Assembly: GCA_024679065.1 (NCBI GenBank) | Contig: JAGIQG010000040.1 | Coordinates: forward strand, 7,502,001-7,566,000 | Origin: Sphyrna mokarran | Lineage: Eukaryota | Length of the DNA stretch: 64,000 nt | Direction: 5' to 3' | Shown here: positions 26,881-40,550 of the stretch, in pieces | How positions within the stretch are numbered: position 1 is the stretch's first letter | How the letters are laid out: each line of letters begins with the position of its first letter | Translations under genes and position numbers: made by a program | Notes under the pieces: model-generated | Told to the model about the DNA's origin: nothing | Databases searched by the model: none | The model's input: the letters and a program-made list of their open reading frames with translations, nothing else

Positions 26881-28289
26881 TGACACTTGGCCTCCAAACC
26901 CTTGTTTAAATTGGGACAGCCTCCAGGGTTGAATGCTGAAAAACGTTTGTGAAGAAGCTCAGATTCGTGAAACCTATTTCCCAAATATTCTATTTCTTTA
27001 AAGCAGAGCCAAAAAGAAGGGAAAGGGAGAGAGTGAGAGAGAAAGAGAGAGAGACTGCTTCTTAGTTTGCTGCGATGCTGCTTCTCAAAGAGGAAACTAA
27101 AACTTCCAAAGGAACAAAAACCCTATCACCTCACTGCCACAAACAAAACTGGAAGCTCTATTACCTGACTGCTACAGCTTCTTTCCACCTAATGACATAA
27201 CTGAATCTGTAGGCTGCATGATTAAAGAAAAAATATTTCTTAGAGGTACACTCACATGGCAACCTTATTATGTTTGTTCTAAATGTTCCAACCAGGAGAA
27301 GAACAGCCTCTCACTGTATAAACTGTCAGATTGTCTCCCAATTTCAAAACTTTCAATCAGATCATCTCTCATTACTCTAAACTATAAAGAGAATAGACAC
27401 ATCCCACTGAACCTCTCCTGCCAGTACATCGCATGAATCAATCCAGTTACACACATACAGTGAGAGAATAGAGAGAGAAAAGAACAAAAGAAGGGTAAAT
27501 GTGAGATACACAGACAGCGAGTGAAAGAATCTGAGACAGGTATACAACGACAAAGAGAGACAGAGAGGGACACAGAGTGGTGCAGACAACCACAAGTCAA
27601 TATGCAGGCACAAGCTGTCTGAACCCACAAGCATTTCGTCCTCTGAATTGAAGTGGATTAAGTAAATATGGGTAAGCATAGGTTTTCTTTGAAAATTCTT
27701 TGATTCTTTGTGAGTGTGTTACTTTGATAGAATCCCTGCAACGTGTGCTCAGGTTCTCAAATCTAACCATATGTAAATCAATCCCGTCATGTGCACGAGA
27801 AATAAACTAACTAAACTGTGCACATGTCCAATGGGAAACAACGGCGTGTCCAGGATTATGAACCAGGAATCTCCCACAAGCTTGTGGATTTTAACATCTG
27901 AAGCGAGACTCATACCCATACTTCTAGACCAACAAGTCATTGTTAAGGAAGGAAATCAACAAAATATATGTTATCATTGCCATCCAAAGCGGATCAGACA
28001 TCTGCACTGAAGGATGAAAATGCTAGAGAAACTCAGTAAGTCAGGCAGCCTGTGTGCACAGGTCAACAAAGTTCATCTTTCACCTTCATGACTTTTCATT
28101 ACCACTGGGATGGTTAGAAATGTAAAAAGTTTTAAACAAGTGATATCCAGCAGGCAGGATGCAATAACATCTGGTAGGGTGGAAGTTACGAGAGACTATA
28201 TGAGGGAAATAGAGAATCACAGAACGATTACACCACAGAAGCCATTTTTTTTCCAGCTTATTTTTCCAAGACTCACTTGTCATAGCGTA

Positions 28290-28562
28290 CATACAATGCA
28301 GAAAAAGGCTATTTAGCCTTCGAGTTGAACGAACACAACTCCACCCATGTTGACATACCCGCTGACATTATGCAGCAAATTCGCATGACCAGTCCACCTA
28401 ACCTGCACGACCTTGGATGGAAACCGGAACAACCACAAGAAACCCTCGCAGACACAGGGAGAACGTGCAGACTCCATGCAGACATTCACCTGAGGCCGCA
28501 ATTGAACCTGTGTCCCCGATCCTGTGAGGCAGTAGTGCTAACTACAGTGTCCCCGCGCCGCA
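28290..28562 (-). mobile_element. HE1/V-SINE-like SINE
   Basis: Head and core motifs. Confidence 0.75.
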
Positions 28563-29277
28563 CATGTTCTGTGTGGATGGGAAATGGTAAATGGGACCCA
28601 GAAGATGTACTGCACATAGATTGCATTGGGACCTCAATGATGAGGTTGGTGGAGTTTGAAAATTGGAAGTTACATTTAGGAAGATAGGAACATGGGGAGT
28701 AGGAGCAGATGTAGGCAAATTCAGTTCTTCCATCCTGCTCTGTTATTCAAACAGATCATTCCTGGTCTGAAATCCGCCTCTATGTTCTCCATAACTCTTT
28801 AATCCACTTCTTTTTTATCAAAAATATATTTATCTTTTTCTTGAAATCATCCAATGATTCAAGCTCCACCGCGCTTTGAGGCAGTCAGTTCCAACAATTC
28901 ACCATCCCTCATTGCGAGAAATAGTCCCTCCCCATGTCAGCTTTAAATCTACTGTCCCTAAACCTACCCGTGTGATCTCTTGTCCGTTAAATGGAAACAT
29001 TTGGTCTACATTTACTCTATCAATCAATTTTAGAAATTTATATACCCCATCTCATCCTTGTAAACTCCAGCAGCTTGTGGAGCTATTTCACCTCGCTATC
29101 AATTTCATCATCCAGTGAACTGAGTCGTGCTGTTCTTCGTTAATGGTGGCACTTATATCCCATTCGAACAGAACATTTTGAAGGAGAAACTTGTCTCTGG
29201 TGAAAACAAAATTGTGATGAAAATAACAAGGAAAGGGATGCAGAGTAAGTCAATTTGAGAAACATAGTTCTCCAGTG

Positions 29278-29347
29278 ACCGTGGTAGATCAGTGGTTTGT
29301 GTTCAGCACTTCCCCGGTGATTTTTGGTTTGGATTCCCGCTCAGGAA
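29278..29347 (+). pseudogene. Degenerate tRNA-Glu-like relic
   Basis: CCGTGGTAGATCAGTGGTTTGTGTTCAGCACTT...GGATTCCCGCTCAGGAA resembles tRNA-Glu; heavily decayed. Confidence 0.4.
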
Positions 29348-29849
29348 TGTAAGATTCATTGCTCTTGGCAAAAGGATTAAAAATGAGTTTACTTACTGTC
29401 TGATCCAAAGCAAATCGAAGAAAATCAGCCAACTGACGTTTGCAAGATTATTTTAGAGCTGAGAATGTCATCTGTGCAACAGTTCAAGAATAAACACAGA
29501 CAGCGAAAGACAGATAGGGTACAAAGCTGACGATGGGGATGGTGACGCAAGGTAAAAACTGGATGGTACTGAGATAAATTGTACCGTTTTACACTGCCAT
29601 TGCATTATAAAACTTTTCCCTCACTCAGCAATGAAAATCATTTGGCGCATTTCTGTCTGGTTTCGAACAGGCGGAAGCAAAATTGGCATCTGTAGTGGAG
29701 TGCTTGTTGCACGTTGTCGTTAGCTAAACGCATCATTGGTATTGGAGCAGAAGGCGCTATTTTGCAGGAGAAAGTTCAAAGTCGTCTGGTGTGGAAAATT
29801 AAAATAATAAATGGAACTTGGATAAAGCAAATTGTAAAACATTGGGTAA

Positions 29850-30030
29850 AAGCAAATTACTATAGATATTGGAATCTGGAAGCAAAAGAGAAAATACTGG
29901 AAAATCTCAGCAGGTCTGGCAACACGTGTGATCAGAAGGGCTAACATTTCGAGCCCAGATGAACTTTTGCTAAAGCTCGAAACATCAGCTTATTTCTCTC
30001 CTTACAGATGCTGGGAGACCTGCTGAAATT
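29850..30030. repeat. Short palindromic interspersed repeat (related copies ~23900..23965, ~28000..28090, ~43660..43820)
   Basis: Inverted arms AAATCTCAGCAGGTCT...AGACCTGCTGAAATTT. Confidence 0.6.
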
Positions 30031-30409
30031 TAAAAAACACGCTGGTCTAGTGATTAGAGTTTCACAGAGTCACTACGGTTTTGATTACAGATCAGAAAAT
30101 GAAGATTTATTGCTCTCATTCGAAATGTGAAAATAAATATCAGTTATTGCCTGATAGAACATAGAAATCTCAATTTCGCCTTTTTGGCCCACCCTTTCTG
30201 AACAGAAGACCCCAAGCAAGTTCAACGTGAAGGTTTCTTTGTTATTTCTGGCAGGAAATTGGGAATCAGAGGAGATTAAGGACAGTTTAAATGCTGCAGG
30301 CCCATGACTGCAAATAATTTCTACAAAGATCAGTATTACCTGATCTACTGAAGGAGCAAGTTCGAATTCCTGATGGCCTTTCCCAGATCCATTGTTTCTG
30401 ATTTATTTC

Positions 30410-31295
30410 ACCAATAAGATCACAAGACATATGAACAGTATTAGGCCACTTGGCCCAGAGATAGCAGATATATTTTTCATCCCATTTTCCTACCTTTTCC
30501 TCATAACCCCGATTACCTTATAAGTCAGGAACCTATCTATCGTTGTCTTAAAGATAGTCAATGACTTGTCTCCACAGCCTTCTATGGCAGAGTTCCAGAG
30601 ATTCACAACTTTCTGGCTGACGGAATTCCTCCTCATCTCTCTTTTAAAGAATCGCCCATTTAGCCTGAGCTTGCGCCCCCTGTTTCTAGTTTTCCCTACT
30701 AGTGAAAACATCTTGTCCACATCCACTCTATCAGGCCTCGCATTATTCTGTAAGTTTCAGTCAGATTCCCCCTTATCGTTCTAAACTCCAGTGAATATAG
30801 ACACAGAGTCTTCAAGTGTTCCTTGTACGACAAACTCTTCTTTCCAGAAATCATTCTTGTGAAATTCCTTAGGACCCTTTCCAACGATCAATATCATCGA
30901 CAATTTACACACTTCCCAGGAAACTCCCAAGGCTCATGATCCATATTTTAAATCAGTTTTCTATACCCCTCCATTCCCAATCTGTTCATGTGCCCATCTA
31001 ATTATTTCTTAAATAACTCCAGAGTACCTGCTTCCATCACTTTACTTGGCAGCGCATTCCATACCCCCACCACCCTCTGTGTGAAAAAACTCCCTCTAAC
31101 ATCCAAATTATACCTTACCCCCCTCACCCTAAGCCCATGACCCCTCGTGCTATTCGAGTCCACTCTAGGAAAAAGCTTAACCCTGTTTACTCTATCTATG
31201 CCCCTCATAATCTTGTACACCTCTATTAGATCTCCTCTAAGTCTACGTCTTTCTAAGGAAAACAGCCCCAATTTGCCTAACCTCTCTTCGTAACT
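30410..31295 (-). mobile_element. Two adjacent CR1 fragments (30410..30885; 30890..31295, same subfamily as 12310..13610)
   Basis: ORFs at 30490, 30699 and 31002; 30890..31295 near-identical to 12780..13185. Confidence 0.88.
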
Positions 31296-31471
31296 GGACC
31301 TTCCAGTTATCTTCGTAACAAGGACCTTCCAATCGTTGCCATTTTGTCTTCTTTTTCTTTTGCTGTAATGTTGTCCTTGACTTCCCTCGTCAGCCATGGA
31401 TGCCTCATCCACCCATTAGCATGGTTTCTCCTCCACCAATAACATCAGTATAAAACAAAGCAGCAAAGTGT

Positions 31472-31553
31472 CATATTGTCACCAAATGATCCAATGTGCT
31501 AAGTTAAGGTTTCAGTCTCTCCCGAAACGTGGGTTCGAATACCACTGCTACCA
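31472..31553 (+). pseudogene. tRNA-Leu(AAG) relic
   Basis: ...GTGCTAAGTTAAGGTTTCAGTCTCTCCCGAAACGTGGGTTCGAATACCACTGCTACCA matches the tRNA-Leu anticodon, long variable arm and T arm; 5' part decayed. Confidence 0.7.
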
Positions 31554-31899
31554 GATTTGGTTTGTGTTTGCATCCTTGCTTCTAAATTCTGGCAGCTTGC
31601 GTTAAATGCAGGAATGTGTACAGTGCTGTTTCTGGCAGGAACAACGAAGAGAGGCAATGCCAATGTGATCAGTTGTTGGGGTAAAGGGCAGATCATGGAA
31701 TGAGTTGAGTTGCACCTATAGAGAGCACACTTGTGAACACAGCCTGAAAGCCAGACTGCCAATATAACAACACATATATATATTCATATGCCGATGCACA
31801 TTCTCATTTAAACTCACTCCAATTAGGTCACGTATATGTTTAAAGTGCCTTCGCCATTTCTCCATTCTAACAATGGTCAAAAGAGCAACGGGAGGTAGG

Positions 31900-34800
31900 T
31901 TCATACAGTCATCGAGGTTTATAGTATGGAAAAAGGGCCTTCAGCTCAACTTATTCATACTACCCCTTTTCTAACTCCTAAACCTATCCCAGTTGCCCGT
32001 GTTTGGTCCATATCCCTTTATATCCATCTTACCCATGTAAATGTCGAAACGCTTTTGAAAGGCAAAATTGTACCCGTCTCTACAGCTACATCTGGCAGAA
32101 TCTTCCAGACATTCACCACCCTCTGTGTGAAAAAAATGCCTCTCTAGACCCTTTTGTATCTCTCCCCTTTCACCTTAAACCTATGCACTCTAGTTTGAGA
32201 CTCCTCTACCTTTGGAAAAAGACATTGACTAGCTGATCTATGTCTCTTATTACTTTCAAGACCTCTATAAGATCACACCTAAGCCTCCTACGTTCCAGAG
32301 AAAAATGTCCCATTCAATCCGGCCTCTCTTTTTAACTCAAACCATCTAATCCAGGTAATATCCTAGTCAATCTCCCACACTCTTTCCAGATGAAAAATAT
32401 CCTTTCTATAATAGGGTGACCAGAATTGTACACACTATTTCAAATGTGGCCTTAACAATGTCGTGCACAAGTTCGACAAGATGTTCCAACTCCTGTATTC
32501 AATGTTCTGAACAATGAAGCCAAGCGTTCCGAATGCCTCCTTACTACTGTCACCTGTGACTCCACTTTCAAAGAGCTATTAACCTATACGCCTTGATCTC
32601 ATTGTTTTATAACTCTCCTCAATGCCCTACCATTAATTGAGCAAGTCCTGCCTCGGTTCAAACTATTAAAATGCATCACTTCGCATTTATCTAAATTAAA
32701 CTCCATCTGCCATTCGCCAGCCCACTGGCCCAATTGATTAAGATTCCGTTACAATCCAAAATAACCTTCTTCACCATTCACTACGCCACCAATCGTGGGA
32801 TCATCTGCAAACTTATTATCCACGCCTACTAAATTCTCATCCAAATCATTGATGTAAATGACAACAGTAGACTCAGCACCCATCCCTAAGGCATACTCTG
32901 TTCACAGGCCTCCAGTTTGAAAAACAACCCTCTAAAACAACCTCTGTCTTCTACCATTAAGCTAATGTTGCATCTAGTTGGCTATTTTACCCAAGATCCC
33001 GTGAGATTTCACCTTGCGCAACAATCCAACATGCAGTACCTTGTCAAAGGCCTGGCTAAATTCCATGTTGGCAACAACAGCTGCACTGACCTCATCTACC
33101 TTTTTGGTTATCCCTCCAAAAAAACTCATTCAAATTCGTGAGACATAATTTTTCACTCACATAGCCATGCTGACTGTCTCTATTCATTCATTATGTCTGA
33201 AAATGCTTTTAGATCCTGTCTCTCAAAATACCTTCTAACAACTTACCCATGGATGTGAGGCTCACTGGCCTGTAGTGCTTTTTCCCTGCTGCCTTTCTTA
33301 AACAGAGGCACAACATTTGCCATCATCCAATCTTCATGCACCTCACCTTTGGCTATGAGTGATTCAAATATGTCTGCTGGGGGAGGCACAATTTTCTCCC
33401 ACGCCTCCAACAATGTCCTGGGATGCCCTTCATCAGGTACCGGGGATTTATCTATATTGATACACTTTCAGACTTCCATGACCTCCCTCTGTATTATTTG
33501 TATACCTTTCAAGTCATCGATATTTAATTCCTCAATTTCTCTAACTTCCACGCCTTTCTCAACAGTAAATACTGATGAGAAATATTCATTTAGTATCTCA
33601 CCGATCTCTAGTGTATCCACGCATAGATGATCTTGTTGACCCTTAAGAGGTCCTACTCTCTCTGTTCTTACTCTTTTGCTCTTTATGTATTTGTAGAAGC
33701 TCTTTGAATTTTCTTTTGCCTTATCTGCCCAAACAATCTCGTGTCCAATGTTTTCCCTCCTGATTTCTTTCTTAACTCTACTCCTGCACTCTTCATGGGC
33801 CCCACATGATCCCAGCTGCCTATCTATGTCATATACCTCCTTCTTCTTCTTCTCCAGGGCGTCAATAACCGAGTCATCCAGGGTTCCCTACTTCAACCAA
33901 CATTGCCCATCTTTCTAAGGGGAATGTGCTTAACCTGAATCCTGGTTAACACACGTTTCAAAGCCTCCTACTTATCAGACGTCCCTTTGCACTCTCACAG
34001 ATTCGCCCAATTAACTGTTGGAAAGTTCCTGTCTAACACCATCAAAAATAGCCTTGCCCTAAATTAGAATTTTAATTTTTGAGCCAGACCAAACATTCTC
34101 CGTAGGTGACTTAAAGCTAATGGAATTATGGTTACTGGTCCCAAAGTGATCCCTCATTAACATTTCCAGAACTTGTCCTTCCTCACTTCCCAAGAGGAGG
34201 TCACATTTTGCCTCCTCCCTAGTCGGGCCATCCACATATTGAATGAGAAATTCCTCCTGAATGCACTCAAGAAATTTCTCTCGATCCAAGCCTCTAATAC
34301 TACGGCTGTCCCAGTCAATGTTGGGAAAGTTAAAAATCCCCTTCTATTAACACTCTATATTTCTCAGAGCTATCTATAACCTTCTTACTTATTTCTTCCT
34401 CCATTTCCGCCGATTATTTGGAGCTGATAATACAAGCCCATCAAAGTGCTATTACCCTTAGTATTTCTCAGTTCTACCCATGTTGATTCAGCGGACGGAT
34501 CCTTGGGTATATTTCCATTCAGTAATGCTTGATGTTTGCCTTAATCAAAAGTGCAACCCCCCCCACCCCCACCCCACTCTTGCTTTGTATTCCATCTTCC
34601 TATAGCACCTATACTCTGGAATATTGAGTTGCCAGTCCTATCCCTCCCTTAGCCCTGTTTCAGTTATAGCTACAATATCCCAGTTCAATGTACCCATCCA
34701 TACCCTGGGAATATCTGCCTTGCCCGTCAGGCCTCTTCCATTGAAATAAGTGCAGTTTAAACTAGGCTTCCTTGCTCTACGTCTTGCCATTGCCTGATCT

Positions 34801-35150
34801 GTCTAGGACCAAGATTAGTGACGCTGCCTTTACGATTTAATGTGTTTTATTTAACCTCTATGCTGTCCTCAACCTTTCCTTATGTTTGCTTATTGCTTTG
34901 TGTCCCACCTCCACTACCAAACTAGCTTAAGCCTACCCAAGTGACTCGAGCAAATCTCCCCACCTGGATATTCATCCCCCTCCAATTCAACTGCAATTCA
35001 TCCCTGTTGAACAGATCACCATTCCCCAGAAGAATTCCCTACGATCCAGAAATCTAAATTCATGCCCCCTGTACCAGCTCTCAAGCCACGCATTCATCTG
35101 CCTAATCTTCCTATCCCTATTCTCACTAGCACGTGACATTGCTGGTAATC
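31900..35150 (-). mobile_element. Near full-length degenerate CR1 LINE
   Basis: 3' tail at ~31900, RT remnants, endonuclease C-terminus (ORF 34059..34289 'QYVDGPTREEAKCDLLL...DHFGTSNHNSI'), ORF1 remnant ~34900..35150. Confidence 0.88.
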
Positions 35151-36463
35151 CAGATGCCCAATAAGTTCTAGTCTTGACGGTGCTGCGCAGGGCTCAATAT
35201 CTCTATACTTAAATTGAAGAAGGCTCAGTCTTACAAGTGTGCCGGTCAAATAAACACACACAGAAAATGAAGAAGCTTCAATTCACTTGAATCTGGATTG
35301 AATTTAATGGCGAAATCAATGGTTTTGTTCTGGGTATAATGTTAAATATGCCTATGCATGAATTTCGCTAAGTCAATCACTGGAGTGGACTGAACGCTGA
35401 ATATATGTTAACCAAACACTCAGGTTACTTTAAGTCGAGGCTATCTGTTAAAATAAAAATGAATAACAGCATAAATCAAGTTCTTTGTGTTGTGTTGTAT
35501 CACTTTACGTCAATGGGATCTAAAAGCAATGGCGAAAAAAAGGAATAGTCGTGATATTCAAAGAAAAATCCATGAATTCTATTTCAAGCAATATATTTCT
35601 ACAGGTTTCTAAATTGAATAGACTTTACCATTTTTACTAGTGCTGTATTTGTATATAATACTCTGCAAATACATTCTCTTCAGCAAGGGACACTGAAATA
35701 CCTGAAAAACACGTTGAAATATTTTCAATGTTCAGATCAAAATGACAGTGGTGGTACATTATTCTTTTCATCTCCCAAATGAATCACTGAGACATTGAGG
35801 ACAAATCGTTCTCTCATACATTACTCTCAATTTGCTTTTTAATTATTGAGACTATCAGCTTTCACAGGCTTAAATAAAAACTCTCTCTTGTTATAATACA
35901 GTGGAGTTGTAATTATTTTCATGTAGAATGCCACTTTGTGGATGTTTCTTAGAAGATAGTAAATATTTTGTTTTTACATATCATTATCTAGAACTCCTTG
36001 GAAATAATCATTGGGATCCACAACAACACATTTTCTGATTAATTCTTAATCACGGATTTATACAGTGACTCGTGTTTCAGTAATTTTTTTGGATGTTCAT
36101 GTCACTAATGAGCAATCACGGTTACTTTCAGTTTCCATTTATTTCTGCCAGGATGTCAGGCCCTGAAACTTCGTTAAAATTAATGTTGTGATGCTTTCAA
36201 TACATTTGTGAGGGAATATGAATTATGGCTGTACTCCGTAAACTATATATGAAGATACGCTAAAGCCTCCGAAGAACATTACAGCCCGGGAGCAGGTCCT
36301 TGGACCCTCCAGCTTACCACACTGACACACCGACCATCCTCCCCTAAACTGAGCAAAAGCCCTAAGTCTATCCGGGAATCATGATCCTCTATTCGTATTT
36401 TATTCATACACTTGACAAGGCCCCCCTTTCAAAGCCACAGACACCCTTAAAATCACAGAAATT

Positions 36464-36545
36464 TGATAGCAGTGGGATTAAAATATACGCCTTCATAGAC
36501 ATTGGAGCCTAAATCCAGCACGCTAAACCGCTGGGCCACGCTAAC
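36464..36545 (-). pseudogene. tRNA-Leu(TAG) pseudogene
   Basis: Reverse strand GTTAGCGTGGCCCAGCGGTTTAGCGTGCTGGATTTAGGCTCCAATGTCTATGAAGGCGTATATTTTAATCCCACTGCTATCA, 82 nt; B-box destroyed. Confidence 0.78.
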
Positions 36546-36749
36546 AGGCACAAAAATTCCTTTGTTTTCTTTCACTAACAAAATCACTAGCGGCATTTGG
36601 TGATTTCGGAAAAAAAACACAATATCTGTCGAATAAAGCAAATGTTTTATGACACGATTGTGTTCTCAATTTAAACACGACTATAGAAATAGCCTTTCCG
36701 CTGATTTCATCTACCAAATTTTCGAAATACATTAATGCTTCTTAGAATC

Positions 36750-37050
36750 TCTACCTCGATGAAAGAGATCACTCGACCCATCGAGTCTGCACGGATCAGG
36801 ATCCCAACATCCCCTATCCCCGTAGCACCACGTATTTAGCCTGTTAGATCTCCTAACACAGAGCGGAAATTTACCCATGACCAATTAACCTAACCTGCAC
36901 ATCTTTGGACTGTGGAAGGAAACCAGAGCATCCGAAGGGAACACCTACAGAAACGGGTGCACAAACTCCAAACAGATAATGACCCAAGGCCAAGAATCCA
37001 AGCTAGTTCCCAACCGCTGTGAGACAGCAGTGCTAACTGTGCCTCCTCCA
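36750..37050 (-). mobile_element. HE1/V-SINE-like SINE
   Basis: Core and head motifs. Confidence 0.78.
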
Positions 37051-37313
37051 GTGTCCTCAACCCTCGACGCTCCATTCCTTTACTCTGCAGGGAACACCCA
37101 GAATCTCCCTGTAGGTAACGAATCCGAGGTTAATTGGCAAACTTGACAACTATGGCTTTCCTCAAAAAATCATGGACACAGTAGAAAAGTTTCTCTGGTT
37201 ACTTTTTTCACTGACATCCCGATCACATACTCAACCAATGACTGACATGGCAAAAGCTCCTGCTGCTTTCAGGAACTTCCAACACATCACAGCATTTAAT
37301 GTTTTCCCCTCGG

Positions 37314-37319
37314 TTTATT
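37314..37319 (-). terminator. Candidate poly(A) signal of the membrane Ig transcript
   Basis: AATAAA on - about 210 nt after the candidate TM2 stop. Confidence 0.45.
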
Positions 37320-37531
37320 TCATTTGAGACTTCCAATTTCCCAGTTAATTAATTTGTTTTGTGTACCTGCAATTCTGGCACTTTAAAAAGGCATAAAATA
37401 AGGTTATCAGACGAGGAATAGTTTTCTTGGCTCAACTGGAACGATAAAGGAACGCAACGTGAATCAATGCAGCAGAGCAGCCGATAAGTGTGTATGAAGG
37501 CGGGGCAATCCAATTTCGTCCATGTCAACAC

Positions 37532-37588
37532 TCAACCTTCAAGTACAAAACCGGAAGTAATCTTTTGGCCCGGCATTGACGAGTTCAC
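37532..37588 (-). CDS. Candidate TM2 / cytoplasmic exon: VNSSMPGQKITSGFVLEG*
   Basis: Strong acceptor TTTTACTGTTTCTCCTGCAG|GTG AAC, resembling the GTG AAA start of Ig TM2 exons; phase 0; AATAAA follows at 37314..37319 on -. Confidence 0.55.
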   Translation of the reverse strand: MNSSMPGQKITSGFVLEG

Positions 37589-39014
37589 CTGCAGGAGAAA
37601 CAGTAAAATTTCAAGTCATTAAATACAAGAGTGAGAGACAATGGCATATAAACACACCTAATGTGGAATACATCATAACATAAAGTGAATTGATTATTCT
37701 TAAAATGTGAGAAGGTTTATTTGTTTCGAACGTTAACCTCCACAAATGGCTGACCACAGCTCTGTATCCATGCAGCTGCAATGTTTGAGGGTTTCTCCGG
37801 GTATTGAAATGACAAGAGAGTCATTTGTTGTCTCTCACTACATATATAACACTAAAATTACAATTTTCAAGAAAATGTACAGATGTATCTTAATTAGCTC
37901 TGGGCGTGGCATTCAAATAAGCTTTATTTTTCACAGATTTTCCTCGAAGTATTTTAATTTCTCTTTCACGATATATGAAAGTCGTTTGGTAGGTGTTGAT
38001 CTTCGTGATTTGGAAATGCGTGCATGCAGACAATTGAGAGTATTCTATCCAACTCTTGACTTTTGCCTTGTAAATGTACACAGGTTTTTGGTATTCAGCA
38101 GATGACTTACATGCCACAGTACTCGCAGTCTTTTTGTTGCTGTATTAGCCACAGTTTTAATGTTGATAATATATTGCTGTTGTTGGTCAACGGTGATCCC
38201 CTGGATGTTGATAGTGCGGCATTCAGCTATGGCAACGTCATTGGACGTCAAAGGGTGAAGGATAGATATTATCGTGGTGGAAATGTCCATTTCCTGGCAC
38301 TTGTGTACCGCGAATGTTGCCTTCCACTTGCCAGTCCAAACCTGGATATTGTCCAGGACTTGTCGGATTGGAATTGTTGGATTGAAAAAAAAACCCTATA
38401 GTGGAGTGGAATATATTGGTAGCAATTATGGCAGTAAGCTTGATCATTAGTTATAATGACTGTGTGACAATGGAAGCCTGCTATCTATATTTGGACCACA
38501 GAGTTCGCTATTCATAAGTACATGGAAGCATAGAAGATAGGAGTAGGAGCGGGTCATTTGTCATTCGAACCTGCTCCAACATTCATTCTGACCATAAGTG
38601 ATCATCCAACTCAAGACCCTAAGCCTGCTTTGTCACCATAACCTTTGATTCCATTTCCCCAAGCGCTATATCCAGCCATGTCTTGAAAACGTTTGAGGTT
38701 TTGGCATCAACTGCTTTCTGTGGTAATGAATTTCACAGGCTCACACTCATGGGTGAAGAAATGTCTTCACACCTTGGCCCTAAATGCTTCCCCCAGTCCT
38801 CAGACTATGACCATTGGTTCTTGTCTCCCTGCCATCCTCCCTGCATCTACCACAGGAGAGCAGGAAAATAAGGGCACAATATCTCATTTTGGAAAACGGA
38901 ATGGTTCCTCCATTGCACCTTTGTACGTTTAAAAATTTCTCTGTCAATGTTTATTTTACTGATCTCGTGTGACAGCTTGAGAACACTCGGCCCGTGTATA
39001 TACTAGAGGTGTGG

Positions 39015-40550
39015 AGATGCTGGACTGGGGTAAACACAGTAAGAAGTCTTACAACACCAGGGTTAAAGTCCAACGTGTTTATTTGGTAGCACAAGCCGCT
39101 AGCTTTCAGAGTGCTGTCCCTTCATCAGGAGAGTGGGACTTCTGTTCACAAACAGGGCACATAAAGACACAAACTCAATTTACAAAATAATGGTTGGAAT
39201 GCGAGTCTTTACAGGGATTCAAGTCTTCAAGGTGCAGACAATGTGAATGGAAAGAAAGTTAAGCACAGGTTAAGGAGATGTGTATTGTCGCTAGCCAGGA
39301 CAGTTAGTGAGATTTTGCAAATTAGACATGTCGTGGGGGTTACAGATAGTGTGAAATCTGAAACAACTATATAATGACATCAAAAAGTTCCATTCCGCCA
39401 TCAGACTCACCATGGACTACTCTCCAGAACCGGTTGCATTCTTGGACACATGCATTTCCATTAAGACAGTCACCTCAGCATCTCATTGTACTGCAAGTCT
39501 GCAGATAATCTCACGATGCTCCACTTTTCCAGCTTCCACCCTAAACATGTTAAAGAAGCCTACGGACAAGCCCTCCATACACAGGATGTGCTCAGCTGAG
39601 AAGGATCGTAATGGACACCTCCAGACGCTGAAAGATGCCTCATAAGAACAGGATATGGCGCTCAACTTATTGAGCCACAGTTTCTGATACACCACAATGA
39701 AAAACTGTGCCAACCTCTTCAGAAGACAAACACGAGACACAGCGGTCATTTCCCTGGAGCGGAGAAGTTACGACATCTTCTCCTGAGCCTTCAACATGTC
39801 ATTGATGAAGACGAGCATCTCGCCAAGGCTGTCCCTACATCCCCAGGTTCTTGCCTTCAAACAACCGGTTGAACTCATTGGCCGCAGGTTTCAGGAGAAC
39901 AGTGACCACGACACTGCACACAACCCTGCCACAGCAACTTCTACATGACGTGCCAGACCATTGACACAAATGCCATCACTTCACGTGAGAACATCATTCA
40001 CCAGGCAAACAGTGCATACACTTACAACTCGGTCAACGTTATCTCCCTGATAGGCTGACGGAAAGATGTCCCGAGGCATGGTAAATTGAGGAGACCATGC
40101 AGATGCTACGGCAACAGATGAAAGAACACCGCTGAACGATCAACAGGCAGCAGTGCTGGGGAACACTTCTGTGGTCATGGGCATTCGGCCTCTGATCTTT
40201 GGGTAAGCAGTCTCCAAGGAAGGCTTCATGACAACACAGAGTTGCTGAGCAGAGACTGGTAACCAAGCACACATGGGGATGGGCTCAACCGAAATCTTGT
40301 GTTCATGTCACATTATTTGTAACACCCACGACTTGCCTGATATGCAAAATCTCACTAACTGCCCTGGCTGGAGACAATACACATTTCTTTAACCTGTGCT
40401 TAACCTTCTCTCCATTCACATTGCTGTAATTTGATTACCTGTAAAGACTCGCATTCTAACTATTATTTTGTAAATTGAATTTGTGTCTTTATATGTCCTG
40501 GAACAGAACTCCCATTCGCCTGATGAAGGGGCAGTGCTACGAAAGCTAAT
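39015..40550 (+). mobile_element. Degenerate Penelope-like retroelement with inverted terminal repeats
   Basis: 'IRLTMDYSPEPVAFLDTCISIK' RT end; broken GIY-YIG remnant ~40020..40130 ('IGXRKDVP...IEETMQMLRQQMKEHR'); arms 39100..39355 and 40308..40547 are inverted. Confidence 0.85.
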
